This document shows, piece after piece, positions 34,922 through 45,123 of a stretch of 64,000 nucleotides of DNA (its first letter is position 1; each line of letters begins with the position of its first letter). The DNA is taken from positions 25,511 through 89,510 of the IMG/VR virus record IMGVR_UViG_3300021963_000077. One strand, given 5' to 3'. The stretch is from a virus. The notes beneath the pieces were generated by a model, which did not search any database, was not told the origin of the DNA, and saw only the letters and a program-made list of their open reading frames with translations. The position numbers and the translations under genes were made by a program.

Positions 34922-35588
34922 ATCAACAGAATCAGCAGAAATGAAAGCTCTTTACGAGCCGTTTCCACCAGAGATGGAGCGCACCCTCACTAAAGGTGGA
35001 GCTGCCCTCACATATATTCCTGTCAGCGAAGTCATCAATCGTCTTAACAAGGTAATTGGCCTTGATAAATGGAGCTTCGTAATTAATTACTGCGAGCGCG
35101 ACAAGACGGATACAGACTTCATTGTTGCGCATGTTACATTCACCGCAACATTCGGAACCGGTGAAGATGAGCGGAAGATCTCGCGCGATGGAATCGGCGG
35201 TCAGAAGATCAAACGTACACGCGCTGGAGACATTGTTGATCTCGGTGATGAGATGAAGGGTGCTGTTTCTGACGCACTTAAAAAAGCAGCTCAGACTCTC
35301 GGCATCGGCCTCTATCTTGCTAGGTCAGAAGAGGCCATGGAGGTTGAGGTTGCTAGTGAAATTCCACAAGTTAGCCCTGAGATTGAAACTCTTTGGAATA
35401 ACTTCGTTGGCCTTTCAAAGAGCCTGAATGCAACTGCAAAAGGTATCCTCAACGATCATTGGGTTGAATTTTCTGGCGGTAGGCCAAAGCCAACCAAAAC
35501 AACCGCAACAGTCCAGGATCTGGAAGCACTGATTGCAAAATGTGTTGAACTTAAGTTCACCGACACAGACAGCGGAACAAATGACTGA
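34914..35588 (+). CDS. Rad52/Sak-like single-strand annealing protein
   Basis: LTYIPVSEVINRLNKVIG..W, KGAVSDALKKAAQTLGIGLYL. Confidence 0.85.
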   Translation: MAKSTESAEMKALYEPFPPEMERTLTKGGAALTYIPVSEVINRLNKVIGLDKWSFVINYCERDKTDTDFIVAHVTFTATFGTGEDERKISRDGIGGQKIKRTRAGDIVDLGDEMKGAVSDALKKAAQTLGIGLYLARSEEAMEVEVASEIPQVSPEIETLWNNFVGLSKSLNATAKGILNDHWVEFSGGRPKPTKTTATVQDLEALIAKCVELKFTDTDSGTND

Positions 35589-36354
35589 GCTCAAACCGCC
35601 TGATTATCTCTCACCTTCGTCAATTTCTACATTCCAGCAATGCCCGTTACGGTTCAAGCTGAGTCGTATTGACAAAATGGAAGAATTACCAACAGAAGCA
35701 ACTCTGCTTGGCAACTTTGTTCACGATGTTCTTGAGCTGCTCTATAAGGTGCCAGCCGAGGATCGGAGCTTAGGAGTTGCCAGAAGCCTCAGCACAACAG
35801 TGTGGAATGAGAGTGGCTGGGAAGAAAAAGTTCAGCCATTCCTCAAGAGCTACACCATGAATACATTTAGATGGAACGCATGGTGGTGTATTGAGAATCT
35901 TTTTGGCATGGAGGATCCGCGTCTCGTGAATCCAAATGGGGTTGAGCACGAGCTGAACGGCAAAATTGGTGGAGTCCAGATGCGAGGCTTCATTGACCGT
36001 TGGTCAGTAAACAACAATGACGAAATTGTCATCTCCGACTACAAAACTGGCAAGTCACCAGCGCCACGCTTTGCCGGATCAAAGTTTTTCCAGTTAACTG
36101 TTTATGCTCATTTGCTGGCTCAGGAAAAGCAACAACCTGTTGGCTACCTTGAATTACTCTTTCTCAAAGAAGGAGTACGTCTTGATAAGCATCCGACACC
36201 GTCTGATTTTTCTCAAGTTGAGGAAGTTGTGGTCACAGTAAAGCAAAATATTGACAAATTGTGCTCTGGAGGCGAGTGGGAAGCTGTGCCAACGAGGCTT
36301 TGTGACTGGTGTTCATACAAAAAAACTATTTGTAGCTATTGGAGCAGTAAATGA
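35581..36354 (+). CDS. PD-(D/E)XK exonuclease (RecB/AddB/Cas4-like, four Cys)
   Basis: LSPSSISTFQQCP, GNFVH, RGFIDR, SDYKTG, QLTVY, CDWCSYKKTIC. Confidence 0.88.
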   Translation: MTELKPPDYLSPSSISTFQQCPLRFKLSRIDKMEELPTEATLLGNFVHDVLELLYKVPAEDRSLGVARSLSTTVWNESGWEEKVQPFLKSYTMNTFRWNAWWCIENLFGMEDPRLVNPNGVEHELNGKIGGVQMRGFIDRWSVNNNDEIVISDYKTGKSPAPRFAGSKFFQLTVYAHLLAQEKQQPVGYLELLFLKEGVRLDKHPTPSDFSQVEEVVVTVKQNIDKLCSGGEWEAVPTRLCDWCSYKKTICSYWSSK

Positions 36355-36863
36355 ATGATGATGTATTTGCCCGTCTTGTTGCGGAAGATGTGAAGAACAA
36401 AACCTCGCATACTCAGAGAAAGATTCTTCGTCAGCCGCAGAACTATGATCGCTGGAAACGTGCTCTTCTTGCTCTTTTGCGTAATGTTGAAGAACAGATT
36501 GATGACATCAAATACGACATGAATGCCGACTGTGGGCGCTATGAAGCCCTGGGTGGCGATGGCAAGGCACTGTTAGAGCACGCAAGGAATGATTACGAGG
36601 CCAGGCTCAAAAAGATTGAGCGCTTCAAGTTCCATGTGTCAAAGCGCCTTGATGAGGTTGCAACAATGATTGAAGAGGATGATCAAGGCGGATCAATTGA
36701 TCTTGATGCCGACATTCTTGCGTCTGCAATCAGGAAGCATAAGGCAATGATGATTGAAATGGATATGGAGGCAACGCCAATTGACAAGGCTCTGTGGTCA
36801 GTCTTGGAAAATGAGTGGCTCTTTGATTCAATCAGCCAAGACGAGCTTGCTTCATACCAGTGA
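36351..36863 (+). CDS. Hypothetical coiled-coil protein
   Basis: ORF coupled to both neighbours. Confidence 0.7.
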   Translation: MNDDVFARLVAEDVKNKTSHTQRKILRQPQNYDRWKRALLALLRNVEEQIDDIKYDMNADCGRYEALGGDGKALLEHARNDYEARLKKIERFKFHVSKRLDEVATMIEEDDQGGSIDLDADILASAIRKHKAMMIEMDMEATPIDKALWSVLENEWLFDSISQDELASYQ

Positions 36864-37186
36864 GACACCGCTCCAAGAAGAAAGAAGCTGAGTACAGGCT
36901 CCGGCGACCACTTGTGGAGCGTCTTCTTGGTGAACGGCCATGGTGTGAAGCGTGTCCAGTGTTTGCGCAGCATGATGGTGTATTTACATATACGCGAAAT
37001 CAATCCGTTGATGTTCACGAGTTGGTAAGACGATCTCAAGGCGGATCAATACTTGAAGAGTCAAACCTGATGTGCGTGTGTAGGAAGTGCCATACAAGAA
37101 TCGGGAACCATCCAGCATTAGCATTTGATTTAGGGCTTGCGAAACGCGGGTGGGAGGGCAGATCAAATGATAACAATGGGAATTGA
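36860..37186 (+). CDS. HNH endonuclease
   Basis: CEAC...DVHE...GG...NL..VCRKCH. Confidence 0.8.
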   Translation: MRHRSKKKEAEYRLRRPLVERLLGERPWCEACPVFAQHDGVFTYTRNQSVDVHELVRRSQGGSILEESNLMCVCRKCHTRIGNHPALAFDLGLAKRGWEGRSNDNNGN

Positions 37187-37697
37187 TCCGTCGCTCACGT
37201 CAACCGGGATCTCACAGAATGGTAAAACTGGCGTAATAACAACTAAACTGACTGGCATTCCGCGCCTTGACTTTATATCAGGGGTTATAGTTGAGTTTGT
37301 TAACGTAAACCATGTTGAGTGCGTCTCTATTGAAGGTTATTCCTTTGCTTCAAAGAACTCACAAGCTCACAGTATTGGTGAGCTCGGTGGCGTGATTCGC
37401 CATGGGCTGTGGAAAATGGGCATTCCAATAATAGAAATACCACCAACAAGTAGAGCCAAGTTCGCTACCGGGCGAGGCAATGCCAGTAAAGGCGAAGTCA
37501 TATCTGCTATTTCTGCAAGGACTGGAATAGTTTTTGCTGGAGGTGGAGGAAATGACGAATGTGATGCATGGGTAATAGAAGAAATGCTGAGATACAAACT
37601 AGGTCAAAGCATCATTGAATGGCCAAAATCATCAACTGATGCATTAGACAAGATTGACTGGTCTCCTTTAGAAAGGGCTACTAATGAATGTAAATAG
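37167..37697 (+). CDS. ruvC: RuvC-like Holliday junction resolvase
   Basis: MGIDPSLTSTG, VSIEG, KFATGRGNASK, NDECDA. Confidence 0.85.
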   Translation: MITMGIDPSLTSTGISQNGKTGVITTKLTGIPRLDFISGVIVEFVNVNHVECVSIEGYSFASKNSQAHSIGELGGVIRHGLWKMGIPIIEIPPTSRAKFATGRGNASKGEVISAISARTGIVFAGGGGNDECDAWVIEEMLRYKLGQSIIEWPKSSTDALDKIDWSPLERATNECK

Positions 37698-38037
37698 AAC
37701 GCAACCAATTAGTCAAGTTGATGTTGAGAATGAGCTTATGCGCCTTCTCTCAATTCTTGAAGAGGAAACCGAAGCCTACGAATCGCTGGCTGAAGACGCG
37801 GCAAAAAAGGAAGCTCTGTATAAATCAAATTGGGCCAAGGAGTACCTTTCCGCAAAGGGTTCAATCAAGGAGCGCGAAGCGTGGGCGGACTACAAACTGT
37901 CCGAAGAGATTTTTGATCATAAAATTGCCGAGGCAATGGTTAAGTCAAAAAGAGAGTTGCTCACATCGCTGAGAACTAGTATTGACGCCCTTAGAACGCT
38001 TAATGCAAACATTAGATTCCAGGTTGGTAACTCATGA
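37684..38037 (+). CDS. Helical protein, possibly UvsY-like recombination mediator
   Basis: Long amphipathic helices; position in the recombination cluster. Confidence 0.45.
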   Translation: MNVNRTQPISQVDVENELMRLLSILEEETEAYESLAEDAAKKEALYKSNWAKEYLSAKGSIKEREAWADYKLSEEIFDHKIAEAMVKSKRELLTSLRTSIDALRTLNANIRFQVGNS

Positions 38038-38783
38038 AAATACACCCAAGTTTAATCGAGTTTGAAATTGAAGTAGACCTGCTTGTCCCTCTGCCAGGTA
38101 ATCCCCGAGTTGGCAATGTGGACGCAATCATGGCTTCATATTCTGAATTCGGGCAGGTAAAACCGATAGTAATTAAAGACAACGGCGATGGTTCTTTTAC
38201 GGTAATTGCTGGAAATCACCAACTTGAAGCTGCACGGCGTCTTGGGTGGCAAAGAATTGCTGCGGTGAAGCTTGATGCAGATGATTCGCGAGCAATTGCA
38301 TTTGCCCTTGCTGATAACAGAACAATGGAGCTCGGACACACTGAGCCAGATTTATTGAATGAAATGCTTTCTCAGGTTACTGATTTTTATCCAGAGTTAA
38401 TGGAAGACCTTGGGTGGGACGATTTTGAGATGGCCGCAATAAACGAGCAAGTTAAGCGTTTGTCTGCTAGCGATATTCTTTCAGAAGGTTATGTCCCACC
38501 GCAGATCATAAATCCATTCATACCAGAATCTGATGATGAGGATATTAAGCCAAAAGCCGAGAGACAGACAATGTCCATTGATGCAGCTTCAAGAGGAGCT
38601 GCCGCTGCTGGAGTAGCTCCTGGCGCAAAAGCAGTTGTTCAATACACGCTCATGTTTGACGATGCTGATCAGCAACGTCATTGGTACGACTTTATTCGTT
38701 ACCTGAAAAACTCAACTGTCTACGAAGGAGACACAACCGCTCAACGGTTGATGATGTTTATAGATGCACACACAGAAATATAA
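38034..38783 (+). CDS. ParB/sulfiredoxin N-terminal domain protein
   Basis: PGNPR, FGQVKPIVI, VIAGNHQLEAARRLG, ALADNRT. Confidence 0.85.
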   Translation: MKIHPSLIEFEIEVDLLVPLPGNPRVGNVDAIMASYSEFGQVKPIVIKDNGDGSFTVIAGNHQLEAARRLGWQRIAAVKLDADDSRAIAFALADNRTMELGHTEPDLLNEMLSQVTDFYPELMEDLGWDDFEMAAINEQVKRLSASDILSEGYVPPQIINPFIPESDDEDIKPKAERQTMSIDAASRGAAAAGVAPGAKAVVQYTLMFDDADQQRHWYDFIRYLKNSTVYEGDTTAQRLMMFIDAHTEI

Positions 38784-39003
38784 CTACGACAACAATTTTA
38801 ATAGCTATACAGATTTGGAAAACTACAAGAAATGGGCGTCAAATCACGGACTCCGCATAATTGTAGAGTTTGAGGAAAGCAATGGCTGGTCTTGTTGCTT
38901 TTGTATAGATACAGAATGCATTGGGCATAGTTATGGAGATGTATTAAATACATCAATATACGAAGCTTATGCTCAAGCAAAGAAAGATCCACGACTGGCA
39001 TGA
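38764..39003 (+). CDS. Small hypothetical protein
   Basis: Fills the gap; ATGA overlap with the next gene. Confidence 0.5.
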   Translation: MHTQKYNYDNNFNSYTDLENYKKWASNHGLRIIVEFEESNGWSCCFCIDTECIGHSYGDVLNTSIYEAYAQAKKDPRLA

Positions 39004-40163
39004 CACGACAAAGAATGTTTTTAGATATGTCATGCGTAGATGCTGCGCGTGAGCGCATGAGGCACATTTACGACACATTTGATACCGTCTGCGTGCAATT
39101 TTCTGGCGGTAAAGACAGCACGGCAATCCTCTACTTGGCCAAGGAAATACATGAGGAGCGAGGACTTGGGCCAGTGAAGGTCATCTTCAGAGACGAGGAG
39201 ATGGTTAGCCCTGTTGTGATTAAGTTTATTGAGGAAGTACGTAATTACGACTGGGTTGACATGGAGTGGTACTGCCTGCCCCAGGGTCAGGAAATATGGG
39301 TTCTTGGGCGAAGGGAATACTGTCTTCTCTGGTCCGAGAAGCGCCGCAAGCAAAAACGGCTCATTAGAGATATACCGAAGTGGGCAATCAGGGCAGAACA
39401 TTTTGGACTTGATCCGAACAAGCCAATTCCTCAATCAATTGACTACTACACGATGCAGGGAAAGAAAGGGCGAGTTGCCTACATAACTGGCGTTAGGGCA
39501 AATGAGTCAATGATTCGCTACAGGTCGTGCGTACAAAAACTTCACGAGAATTATATAGTAATTCCCTATAAAATGAAGTCAAATATACCGTTGCGCTTTG
39601 CAAAGGTAATATACGACTGGACAACCGATGATGTTCTCAAATTTATTACAGAAGAGCATAAAGCGAGTTACTGCGAATATTACGACTTGGCCAGTCTTAC
39701 GGGAAGTAATACTCGCGTTGGTATTCCACTCCATGCTGTTGCGGTTAGGCGAATCGGTGACGTCGTGGTCACGGAGCCAGAGTTCTACGACAGACTCGTA
39801 GAATGCTTTCCACAGGTTGACGCACAGCGCCGCTGGTGGCCAGACTTTGACATTGAAAAAGTCATCATGACATACGCCAAGGAAGAATGGAGTGGCGTAA
39901 AGCGTTGCATTGAAGAGAATGTTCTTACACCCGGCCTCAACCAGCGGGCAATGGCGTTTGCTTCGGAGTTCCGCAAGAAGCATAGAAAAGATCCACGCTC
40001 ATACCCAATCCATTGGTTAATTAGAAACATTTTATTAAATGAGTTCAGCATGACATCTGTTAGCCCAATTGGGCCAGGAACGCGGGCGTACAACATTGAA
40101 ATGCAACAAATACAGGAAATGGCCGAATTAGATTCGCTCGATTATCAGGATGATTCACGATGA
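39000..40163 (+). CDS. PAPS-reductase/PP-loop family protein (IbrA/DndC-like)
   Basis: VQFSGGKDST, IFRDEE, ITGVRANESMIR, IYDWTTDDV. Confidence 0.85.
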   Translation: MTRQRMFLDMSCVDAARERMRHIYDTFDTVCVQFSGGKDSTAILYLAKEIHEERGLGPVKVIFRDEEMVSPVVIKFIEEVRNYDWVDMEWYCLPQGQEIWVLGRREYCLLWSEKRRKQKRLIRDIPKWAIRAEHFGLDPNKPIPQSIDYYTMQGKKGRVAYITGVRANESMIRYRSCVQKLHENYIVIPYKMKSNIPLRFAKVIYDWTTDDVLKFITEEHKASYCEYYDLASLTGSNTRVGIPLHAVAVRRIGDVVVTEPEFYDRLVECFPQVDAQRRWWPDFDIEKVIMTYAKEEWSGVKRCIEENVLTPGLNQRAMAFASEFRKKHRKDPRSYPIHWLIRNILLNEFSMTSVSPIGPGTRAYNIEMQQIQEMAELDSLDYQDDSR

Positions 40164-40714
40164 AAATTGAATATGTGAAGTGGGATTCAATAAAACCAGC
40201 TCCGTGGAGGGCAACGCACTGCCTGAAGGTTGACCTTCAAGTAATAGCTGACTCTCTTAATGACTACGGCTGGTTTGCTCCAATCATTGTTAAAAAAGAC
40301 TCATCAGAGATTATTGATGGCTTCCACCGTTGGGTATGCGCCCAAACAGACAAACGCATTCTCAAAAGAGACAAAAAACTTGTACCTGTAATTTTTGAAG
40401 ATGTTGATACAGCTGACGCAATGTTAATGCACCTGCGCCTTAATAGAGGAAGAGGTATTATTCTTGCTCAATATATGTCGCAAATTGTTCGTGAGTTATT
40501 TCACTCGCGCAAATACTCTCCTGACGAGATCAAAGATATGCTCAATATGAGCTATGCCGAAATCACTTTAATGATGGACGGTTCTGTGCTCAAAACAAGG
40601 AATGTGAAGGAGCATAAATACTCACGGGCTTGGGTGCCGGTTGAAGCTCCACCAGGCACCATTGAGCAACCCGAAGATACCGTTATTGAGCGGCCACCGA
40701 ATAAGGACAGATAA
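40160..40714 (+). CDS. ParB/Srx domain protein (IbrB-like)
   Basis: GWFAPIIV, IIDGFHRW, RLNRGRG. Confidence 0.82.
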   Translation: MKIEYVKWDSIKPAPWRATHCLKVDLQVIADSLNDYGWFAPIIVKKDSSEIIDGFHRWVCAQTDKRILKRDKKLVPVIFEDVDTADAMLMHLRLNRGRGIILAQYMSQIVRELFHSRKYSPDEIKDMLNMSYAEITLMMDGSVLKTRNVKEHKYSRAWVPVEAPPGTIEQPEDTVIERPPNKDR

Positions 40715-40775
40715 ATATAGACAGCCTACAAAGATGATAATCTGATTATGTTTAGATTCGCATCTGGAGGATGCA

Positions 40776-40976
40776 ATGGTCACACCTAATGATGTTGAAG
40801 ATATTGAGCTAGATGGCGAGCAGAAGCCATCCTGGTGGCGACGAGCAGTTGCTTATACACTGCGACGTATAGCCGACCGCCTACAGTATGGTCGTGGTCA
40901 GCGCGTAAGAACACAGCAGGGTCAGGGTCGTGCGCTCGCAAGAGAAGGTCGCGAGAACCTTACGCGTCGTGGCTAA
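40776..40976 (+). CDS. Small Arg-rich protein
   Basis: GGAGG SD; basic C-terminal two-thirds. Confidence 0.6.
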   Translation: MVTPNDVEDIELDGEQKPSWWRRAVAYTLRRIADRLQYGRGQRVRTQQGQGRALAREGRENLTRRG

Positions 40977-41000
40977 ATCCATAATTGAGGGTGGTGCATA

Positions 41001-41624
41001 ATGCTAGTTAGCATTGCTGAATTAAAAACCTACATGGATATTAGCCTGACGAACCGGCAGGAAGATGCCGCAGAGTTGGTACTTGAAGGTTTGCAGAGCG
41101 AACTTGAGATGTTCTTGGGCAGACCAATTGAGGTACAAACATTCACTGAAGATCATGTGATTACTGCCGAATTCCAAGGAGTTCCAGCTGCATCTTTTTT
41201 TTACGACTACAGCCTTGACTCAACTGGAGATGTGCTTCCATATATTCAGCCACCAGCAGCTGTTTACCTAAGAAATACACCAGTTATTTCAGTTGATTCA
41301 GTAACGATCCGCAATCCAGAAGGATCACCAGTAGTTCAAGTCGCTGAAAGAGACTACATAGTCCGTCGCTACGGCTTGGAGCTATATAGGGCGTTTCCAA
41401 ACGACATTGTTACAGTTGAGTATGACGGTGGTCTAGATGGCTCATCAATTAAAGCCTTCAAGTTAATGATTTTGCGTGCTGCAACTAGAGAAATGCAGAA
41501 CATGCATGATGATGTTGTTGGTGTGAAGGATCTAAATCCACGTAATGTTGCGCCACTTGAGACTGGTTTCTTGGAAAAAGAGCTTATGGCTGTTAAGGGA
41601 TATAAGCGCAGAAGGATTGCGTAA
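41001..41624 (+). CDS. Head-tail adaptor protein
   Basis: MLVSIAELKTYM N-terminus, VTVEYDGG, C-terminal YKRRR; position. Confidence 0.75.
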   Translation: MLVSIAELKTYMDISLTNRQEDAAELVLEGLQSELEMFLGRPIEVQTFTEDHVITAEFQGVPAASFFYDYSLDSTGDVLPYIQPPAAVYLRNTPVISVDSVTIRNPEGSPVVQVAERDYIVRRYGLELYRAFPNDIVTVEYDGGLDGSSIKAFKLMILRAATREMQNMHDDVVGVKDLNPRNVAPLETGFLEKELMAVKGYKRRRIA

Positions 41625-42082
41625 TGCCAGTAAGAATTAACGCATCAATGGATGCGTCAAGAGCGTATAAAAAACTTTTTGCCATGGAGGCAAGAAGCAA
41701 GAACTTCATGCCCGTCTTTGAGAAGGCAAGACTTGAACTACAGGCTGCAAATGCGGCTAACTTTGCATTAGGTGGACTTCCTGCTGGTGGATGGAAGCCA
41801 CTAGATGCTTCCTATGCAGCGTGGAAGGCAATTAACTTCCCTGGATCTCCTCCAATGGTTAGAACTGGAAGACTTTTCAGAAGCCTCACTGATTTGCGCG
41901 GTCCAGCAAATAGCATTAGGCCAACCAGCGCAACATTCGGAACAGATGTTGAGTATGCGAAGTTCCATCAATATGGAACTACAAAGATGGCTAAGCGTCA
42001 AATTATTTTTGAACCAATAGGTTTTGCCAAGAAAACATCCGAAAACTTAGCTGCGTGGATAGCCGATGGGGAGGTTGTCTAA
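41624..42082 (+). CDS. Virion morphogenesis / tail completion protein (Mu gpG / P2 gpS-like)
   Basis: WKPL, MVRTGRLFRSL, FGTDVEYAKFHQYGT..MAKR. Confidence 0.8.
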   Translation: MPVRINASMDASRAYKKLFAMEARSKNFMPVFEKARLELQAANAANFALGGLPAGGWKPLDASYAAWKAINFPGSPPMVRTGRLFRSLTDLRGPANSIRPTSATFGTDVEYAKFHQYGTTKMAKRQIIFEPIGFAKKTSENLAAWIADGEVV

Positions 42083-42672
42083 TGTCTGCTGAGTTGATGT
42101 ACGGACCACATTTTGCAAAGCAGTATGTCAATGATTATTTGAAAATTGATATTCCAGCTCGCTTAGTTAGGTATCGCAACGGATGGAATATTGACGACTA
42201 CAAGCTTCCAGATCCAGAGGAATACTTGACATATGAGCCGCTGGCGCTTGATCACTGGCCAACTTTGATAACTGTTGCAATATCAACAAAAAGCTTTAAT
42301 CGCATCGGATTTGTGGCAACCGATCCTGCTTATGATGTTGTTTATGGCATGAGAACATACATTTGGGTGCGCACAGAGGGTTCAGAAGATGTAACCATTA
42401 TGCGCGACAGACTTACAACCGTTGTTAGATCGGCAATACTTGACCGACCGTGCCTAAATAGGGCGCATGAAGGCAGAGATTCATACATAGATGAATCAAC
42501 AATTTCCGAAGAGTATTCAGATTTGACTTTATTAAAAGGCGACCGTGTCCTGGCCGGCGCATACATAGCGTATGATTTAAGATTACAAGAGGTTGTTGCT
42601 CGAGAAAACATTGGCGCTGTGGCTGAAATAGACACAGAAGTCATGACAATGAACGAATTGGCATCGGAGTAG
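42082..42672 (+). CDS. Putative tail terminator
   Basis: TAATG-coupled; position upstream of the sheath gene. Confidence 0.55.
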   Translation: MSAELMYGPHFAKQYVNDYLKIDIPARLVRYRNGWNIDDYKLPDPEEYLTYEPLALDHWPTLITVAISTKSFNRIGFVATDPAYDVVYGMRTYIWVRTEGSEDVTIMRDRLTTVVRSAILDRPCLNRAHEGRDSYIDESTISEEYSDLTLLKGDRVLAGAYIAYDLRLQEVVARENIGAVAEIDTEVMTMNELASE

Positions 42673-42674
42673 TT

Positions 42675-43055
42675 ATGGAAATGTTTATATCAATCGGAAC
42701 GCGTGAGCCACAGTCTGGCTCTGAGTATGCTGGAATGACTCAAGTTGTCAATGTTTCAAATAAAACTGTGTTAGTTTCCGAAAACGGTAAATACATGCGT
42801 CCCCGCGAAGTTGCAATGGTGTTTAGTAGAAGCATTGTTCTGCAGGCATGCATTAAAAAAGGCTGGCTCAAAGTAATAACAGAAGTACCAGAATCATCTG
42901 GCGATCAGTCTGCTCCTAGCCAGAAGAAGAAAAAATCAACAACACCAGTTGAGCAGGAACAGACAACAGAAGAGGTTCAACCAGAAATTGAACAGCAGCC
43001 ATCCGAAGAATTGGCTACTGAGGTTGCGCCTACAGAGCCAGAAGAATCACTATAA
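42675..43055 (+). CDS. Hypothetical protein with acidic tail
   Basis: ORF track. Confidence 0.6.
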   Translation: MEMFISIGTREPQSGSEYAGMTQVVNVSNKTVLVSENGKYMRPREVAMVFSRSIVLQACIKKGWLKVITEVPESSGDQSAPSQKKKKSTTPVEQEQTTEEVQPEIEQQPSEELATEVAPTEPEESL

Positions 43056-43108
43056 TCAATTAGGTTTTAAGTGCGCCTATTCCTTATAAAAGGGAGCGGA
43101 GGAAAGAA

Positions 43109-44572
43109 ATGCCAGGCATAGTAATCAGTACAGCGGTCAGAACTGGACCAACGACCGCAAACCTCACGCCAACAGCAACAGCTTTTTTTGCTGGTGTTGC
43201 TGAGCGTGGGCCGTCTGGTACGGCGCAGCTAATTTCTAGCTTCGCTGACTACGAATCAATTTATGGCGACTTCGTCGCTAGCGGTTATCTGCATCAGTCC
43301 GTGAAGACCTTCTTTGAAGAGGGTGGCGCACGTTGCTATGTATCACGCGTTGTCGCAGACGGTTCAGATGCAGCTACCAAGGCTCTTCTGGATGCGACGC
43401 CAGAGACAGTTATGACACTAACTGCTTCTGGTGTTGGCGAATGGGCAAACACTGGTGGATTGACCGTTCAGGTTATCAACAATGTTTCAACATTCAGAAT
43501 CATCATCCGCCTAAATGGATCAGTTGTCTACACATCTTCCTACCACTCCACAGTGGCTGCGATGGTCAACGAGATCAACAACAGCTCAACCGCCGCCCTT
43601 TATGTGACTGCAACAGATGCTGGTGAGTCAACTCTTCCAGCAACTCTCGCCGCATCCAACTTCAGCGGTGGCGATGATGGATCAACTGTTGACGGCGACA
43701 ATGTTGTTACTGCTTTGACGGCTTTCATTTCCGACCTTGGCCCAGGTTGTGTATGTGCGCCTGGATTCACTGATGCATCAACATATTCTGGCCTGATTGC
43801 ACATGCTTCTACGCATAACAGAATTGCAATCATGGGATTTGAGGCTGAGTCAAGCGTTGGCGATGCCACGACGACCGCAGCTACATACATCGGTGAGGAA
43901 TCAGGCGAAGAGTACGCAGCATTCTTCCATCCGTGGGTAAAAGTTCCGTCATCAGTATCTTCTGCTCTTACGGAAACAATTCCATGCGATGGTTTTGTTG
44001 CTGCAAAGCGTGCTTCAGTTCAGAACTCATTTGGGGCATGGTACCCATACGCAGGCGAACAATCATCGGCAAAGTATGTTGTTGGACTTGAGTCATCAAC
44101 ATCAAAAGATGATATAAATACGCTTTATGACGGCTATGTAAATGGATTGCGCGTTATTAACGGCGCTGTTCGTGTTTATGGAGCCAGAACCATCTCAACA
44201 GATGAAGCTAACTACAAGTTCCTCAATGCTCGTGAAACTCTCAACTTGATAGTTGACGAAGCGGAGCGCTCACTTGAAAGTTTCTTGTTCAAGCCGATTG
44301 ATGGCCGTGGAACTATCTTCGCTGAAGTCGCATCACGTCTTGGCGGAATCATGGAAAGACTTCGTAGTGCTGGTGGGCTTTATGAGCTCATTGACTCAAG
44401 TGGCAACGTCGTTGACCCTGGTTACTCTGTAATAGTCAGTGATGCACTCAACCCACTCACCCAGATTGCCGAGGGAATCGTCAGGGCGAAGGTTGGCGCA
44501 CGCGTATCAGCAATTGGTGAGAGAATTGAACTCGAGATCACCAAGTCAACACTAACGGCCACACTCGTTTAG
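43109..44572 (+). CDS. Contractile tail sheath protein
   Basis: MPGI, FAGVAERGP, FFEEGGARCYVSRV, FFHPWVKV, VRVYGART, LFKPID. Confidence 0.92.
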   Translation: MPGIVISTAVRTGPTTANLTPTATAFFAGVAERGPSGTAQLISSFADYESIYGDFVASGYLHQSVKTFFEEGGARCYVSRVVADGSDAATKALLDATPETVMTLTASGVGEWANTGGLTVQVINNVSTFRIIIRLNGSVVYTSSYHSTVAAMVNEINNSSTAALYVTATDAGESTLPATLAASNFSGGDDGSTVDGDNVVTALTAFISDLGPGCVCAPGFTDASTYSGLIAHASTHNRIAIMGFEAESSVGDATTTAATYIGEESGEEYAAFFHPWVKVPSSVSSALTETIPCDGFVAAKRASVQNSFGAWYPYAGEQSSAKYVVGLESSTSKDDINTLYDGYVNGLRVINGAVRVYGARTISTDEANYKFLNARETLNLIVDEAERSLESFLFKPIDGRGTIFAEVASRLGGIMERLRSAGGLYELIDSSGNVVDPGYSVIVSDALNPLTQIAEGIVRAKVGARVSAIGERIELEITKSTLTATLV

Positions 44573-44584
44573 TAGGGAGACATA

Positions 44585-45046
44585 ATGGCAACAATAGCAA
44601 CTAGAAAATATATCGCCCAGCGTCAAGTGCTGGCGAAGATAACAAAGCTCGCTGGTCAGACCCTAGGTGCAGATTTCACTGAGTATTTTGCCCAGGTATC
44701 TGGAGGTGAAGTCACTGCGTCTGTTGAGAGAATCTATGTCGGCGGAGAAAAATTCCCATTTGTTCTATGTGCGCCGGCAGAAATTGGCGACATTACGATT
44801 ACGGCTCATTACTCCGAAGACGACACAGGAAAACTCAAACTATGGAGAGCGGCTGTTGGTAAGACCTATTACCAGATAGACATTTATGATTTAGACTGTG
44901 ATTTTGTTGCAACTCCAACACGTCAGCGCCAGTACCCAAAGGCTTTGCTTGTTGGACTAACTGAGCCAGAAGGCGATTCTTCGTCTGGTGCACCGACAAC
45001 ATTTACGCTCACATTTGCAATTTCTGGCGAACCTTCGTCAAGCTGA
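44585..45046 (+). CDS. Tail tube protein
   Basis: Directly after sheath; FAQVSGG, GDITIT, DSSSG...TLTFAI. Confidence 0.8.
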   Translation: MATIATRKYIAQRQVLAKITKLAGQTLGADFTEYFAQVSGGEVTASVERIYVGGEKFPFVLCAPAEIGDITITAHYSEDDTGKLKLWRAAVGKTYYQIDIYDLDCDFVATPTRQRQYPKALLVGLTEPEGDSSSGAPTTFTLTFAISGEPSSS

Positions 45047-45071
45047 TTAAAAAAACAATAGTTACTAATTA

Positions 45072-45103
45072 GAAATGGGGGCTACTACCGTGGCCCCCAT
45101 TTC
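45072..45103 (+). terminator. Hairpin/terminator after tail tube
   Basis: GAAATGGGGGCTAC-tacc-GTGGCCCCCATTTC stem-loop. Confidence 0.7.
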
Positions 45104-45123
45104 CTATGCTAGGGTTCTGCTTT

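Noticed and set aside
35581-36354. Cas4-like nuclease as a sign of CRISPR-Cas
   Set aside because: No array or other cas genes are visible; the context is phage recombination.
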